Assembly: GCA_000307955.1 (NCBI GenBank)
Contig: ALAO01000066.1
Coordinates: forward strand, 3,935 to 27,934
DNA length: 24,000 nt
Reading direction: 5' to 3'
DNA from: Solidesulfovibrio magneticus str. Maddingley MBC34
GTDB taxonomy: Bacteria; Desulfobacterota; Desulfovibrionia; Desulfovibrionales; Desulfovibrionaceae
Part shown: in pieces, positions 22,027 to 24,000 of the stretch
Layout of the letters: each line of letters begins with the position of its first letter
Position numbering within the stretch: the first letter of the stretch is position 1
The notes under the pieces: model-generated
Told to the model about the DNA's origin: nothing
Database searches by the model: none
The model's input: the letters and a program-made list of their open reading frames with translations, nothing else
Position numbers and translations under genes: made by a program

Positions 22027-24000
22027 CTAATCCTTTCCTGGGCGGCGTACTCGAAAAATCATCGCATAGAGGGCTGGGGTAAAAAGCAAGGTCAGTACTG
22101 TCGCCACAAGCAGTCCGCCCATGATGGCCACGGCCATGGGACCCCAGAAGACGTTGCGCGTCAGGGGGATCATGGCCAGGATGGCCGCCAGCGCCGTCAG
22201 CACCACGGGGCGTGTCCGCCGAATGGTGGCGTCAATGACGGCTTCCCAGGCCGGATGCCCCTCCTGCCTGTCGAGCGTAATCTGGTCCACGAGGATGACG
22301 CTGTTGCGCATGATCATGCCGGCAAGCGCCAGGACACCGAGCAAGGCGACAAATCCGAAGGGTTGGCGGAAGACCAAGAGTGCCCCAACCGCGCCGATCA
22401 AGCCCAAGGGGGCCGTGGCCAGGACAAGGAAGAGGCTCGGGAAGCTTTGCAACTGGAACATCAACAACAACAGCATGATGCCGGTCATCAGCGGGAGGAG
22501 GACGACAATGGAGCGATTGGCCTTGGCGCTTTCCTCCTGGGCTCCGCCGATTTCGATCCGGTAGTCGGGCGGCAAGGCTTTTTCGAGGGGTTTGAGCTTG
22601 GGAAGAATTTCCATGGTGACATCCGGAGCTTGTACCCCCGCGATGACCTCCGCCCGCGCCGTGATGGTCAGGTCGCGGCTTTGCCGCCAGAGGATAGGTT
22701 CCTCGTAGACGTACTGGATCTTAGCGACCTGGGAGAGCTGGATGGGCTGTCCGTTGCGGGCGCTGATCGTCAGATCGGCCAGCAGTTCCGGCTGCAACCG
22801 TTCCTCGGGGACGGCCCGGGCCACGACGTTGACCAGTTCGATGCCGTCGCGGACCTGGGTGATGGTGACGCCGGAAAGCAGCATCTGGAGCGCTTCGGCG
22901 ATGTCCTGGGGGGTCAGTCCAAGAACCCTGGTCCGATCCTGGTCCACCACCAGCCGGATCGCCCTGGCCTGTTCGTTCCAATCCAGGTTGACGTCGTAGG
23001 TCTTCTTGTTCTCACGCATGATCTCGCGGACTTGATAGGCGATTTCCCGCACCTTGAGCGCGTCGGGGCCGATAATCCGGAATTGGACCGGGAATCCGAC
23101 CGGCGGCCCAAGCGCCAATATCGTCAAACGCACCCTGGCCTGGGGCAGGCCGCCTTGGGCAACGAAGGCGTCAATGCGGGCTTTCACCCGATCCCGGGCC
23201 GCGGCGTCGGCCGTGTTCAGGACGACGATGCCGTAGCTCGTCTTCGGCAATTCCGGGGCCATGGCCAGAAACCAGCGCGGCGCGCCCGAGCCGATGTAGC
23301 TCGTGAAGGTTTTGATCTCGGCATCGGTTCGCAGGAATGATTCCATCGTTTCCACGGCCTGGGCCGTGGTCTTAAAGGCTGACCCTTCCGGTAAGCGGAC
23401 TTCGACCAGCAGCTCCGGGCGGGAGGAAGATGGAAAGAACTGTCGCGACACGAACGCGGAACCGACAATTGCCAGACCGAAGAGCAAAATCGTCGCGATG
23501 ACAACGGTCTTGCCGTGCTCCACACACCACATGACCATGCGCCGAAGCCAGCGGTAGACCGGTGTTTCATAAAGGGCATGGGCGTCATGATGCCCTGCCT
23601 TGTGAAAGTCCGGCAGCAGTTTGTAGCCAAGGTACGGGGTGAAAACCACGGCCACGAACCAAGAAACCACCAGGGCGATCATCACGACCCAGAAGATGCC
23701 GCCCGCGTATTCGCCGGAGACGGATTTGGCCAGGCCGACGGGCAGAAAACCCGCTGCCGTCACCAACGTGCCGGTCAACATGGGAAAGGCCGTGGCATTC
23801 CAGGCAAAGGTCGCCGCCTTGATCCGATCGAATCCCTGCTCCATTTTCACCACCATCATCTCCACGGAAATGATGGCGTCGTCCACCAGGAGGCCCAGGG
23901 CAATGATGAGCGCGCCAAGGGAGATCCGTTCCAGGCTCATGCCGAGCGCGTTCATGATCACCATGACCATGGCCAGCACCAGCGGCACGGCCAGGGCCAC
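22027..24000 (-). CDS. RND efflux transporter inner-membrane permease (AcrB/HAE1-like), C-terminal ~657 aa; 5' part lies beyond the window
   Basis: The ORF is open to the window edge. It shows typical RND TM/porter alternation, ..LGALIIALGLLVDDAIISVEMMV.., ..GIMLLLLMFQLQSF.., ..GMIMRNSVILVD.., ..VAIMGGLLVATVLTLLFTPALY... Confidence 0.9.
   Translation of the reverse strand: MALAVPLVLAMVMVIMNALGMSLERISLGALIIALGLLVDDAIISVEMMVVKMEQGFDRIKAATFAWNATAFPMLTGTLVTAAGFLPVGLAKSVSGEYAGGIFWVVMIALVVSWFVAVVFTPYLGYKLLPDFHKAGHHDAHALYETPVYRWLRRMVMWCVEHGKTVVIATILLFGLAIVGSAFVSRQFFPSSSRPELLVEVRLPEGSAFKTTAQAVETMESFLRTDAEIKTFTSYIGSGAPRWFLAMAPELPKTSYGIVVLNTADAAARDRVKARIDAFVAQGGLPQARVRLTILALGPPVGFPVQFRIIGPDALKVREIAYQVREIMRENKKTYDVNLDWNEQARAIRLVVDQDRTRVLGLTPQDIAEALQMLLSGVTITQVRDGIELVNVVARAVPEERLQPELLADLTISARNGQPIQLSQVAKIQYVYEEPILWRQSRDLTITARAEVIAGVQAPDVTMEILPKLKPLEKALPPDYRIEIGGAQEESAKANRSIVVLLPLMTGIMLLLLMFQLQSFPSLFLVLATAPLGLIGAVGALLVFRQPFGFVALLGVLALAGMIMRNSVILVDQITLDRQEGHPAWEAVIDATIRRTRPVVLTALAAILAMIPLTRNVFWGPMAVAIMGGLLVATVLTLLFTPALYAMIFRVRRPGKD

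Noticed and set aside
19096-23630. Plus-strand ORFs opposite the oxidoreductase, Fe-S and RND genes (19096..19788, 19825..20589, 20820..22022, 21919..23340 and others)
   Set aside because: They are shadow ORFs of well-supported minus-strand genes. They are His/Arg/Gly/Asp-rich, with no motifs and no SD.

Overview
Two-part window. Positions 1-5453 are high-G+C core genome, possibly from a sulfate-reducer-like deltaproteobacterium (a guess from protein flavour only). This part carries one tightly coupled minus-strand gene chain: Opp/Dpp-type ABC permeases x2, recN, ftsE, ftsX, and the start of a CbiK/CbiX-like gene. It ends at a plus-strand tRNA-Ala(GGC) with a strong terminator. Everything downstream of the tRNA looks accessory and compositionally patchy. 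(a) 5.46-8.3 kb is mostly non-coding debris: diverged direct copies of the tRNA-distal terminator unit bracket a YieH-like HAD phosphatase gene and a frameshifted NIPSNAP gene that is invisible in the ORF track. It also holds a palindrome/poly-C/TTGGAC repeat family, a pair of ~85-nt direct repeats, a promoter-plus-terminator unit that could be a small RNA, and decayed ISL3-transposase N-terminal remnants. (b) 8.65-18.65 kb is the main item, a signalling supercluster. It has a complete stressosome module (PAS-STAS RsbR-like, RsbS-like, RsbT-like kinase, RsbX-like PP2C) translationally coupled to a 1055-aa 5xPAS-PP2C phosphatase. This is followed by a SiaB-like kinase, a SiaC-like DUF1987 phosphoprotein and a GAF-HD-GYP c-di-GMP phosphodiesterase, with a convergent soluble PAS histidine kinase. 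The HD-GYP enzyme and the kinase share a paralogous ~70-aa N-terminal helical domain. No RsbV/RsbW/sigma factor and no diguanylate cyclase is present. I read this as a stressosome -> PP2C -> SiaB/SiaC partner switch -> HD-GYP (plus kinase) pathway, an architecture I do not know to be described. The cluster is bracketed by same-orientation ISL3-like remnants. (c) 19.4-24 kb carries an MDR-family NAD(P)H oxidoreductase, a 4Fe-4S/SCP2 fusion protein and a partial RND efflux pump, all on the minus strand. No CRISPR array, rRNA, intact transposase/integrase or recognisable defence genes were found. All calls are by-eye motif recognition, and no searches were run.
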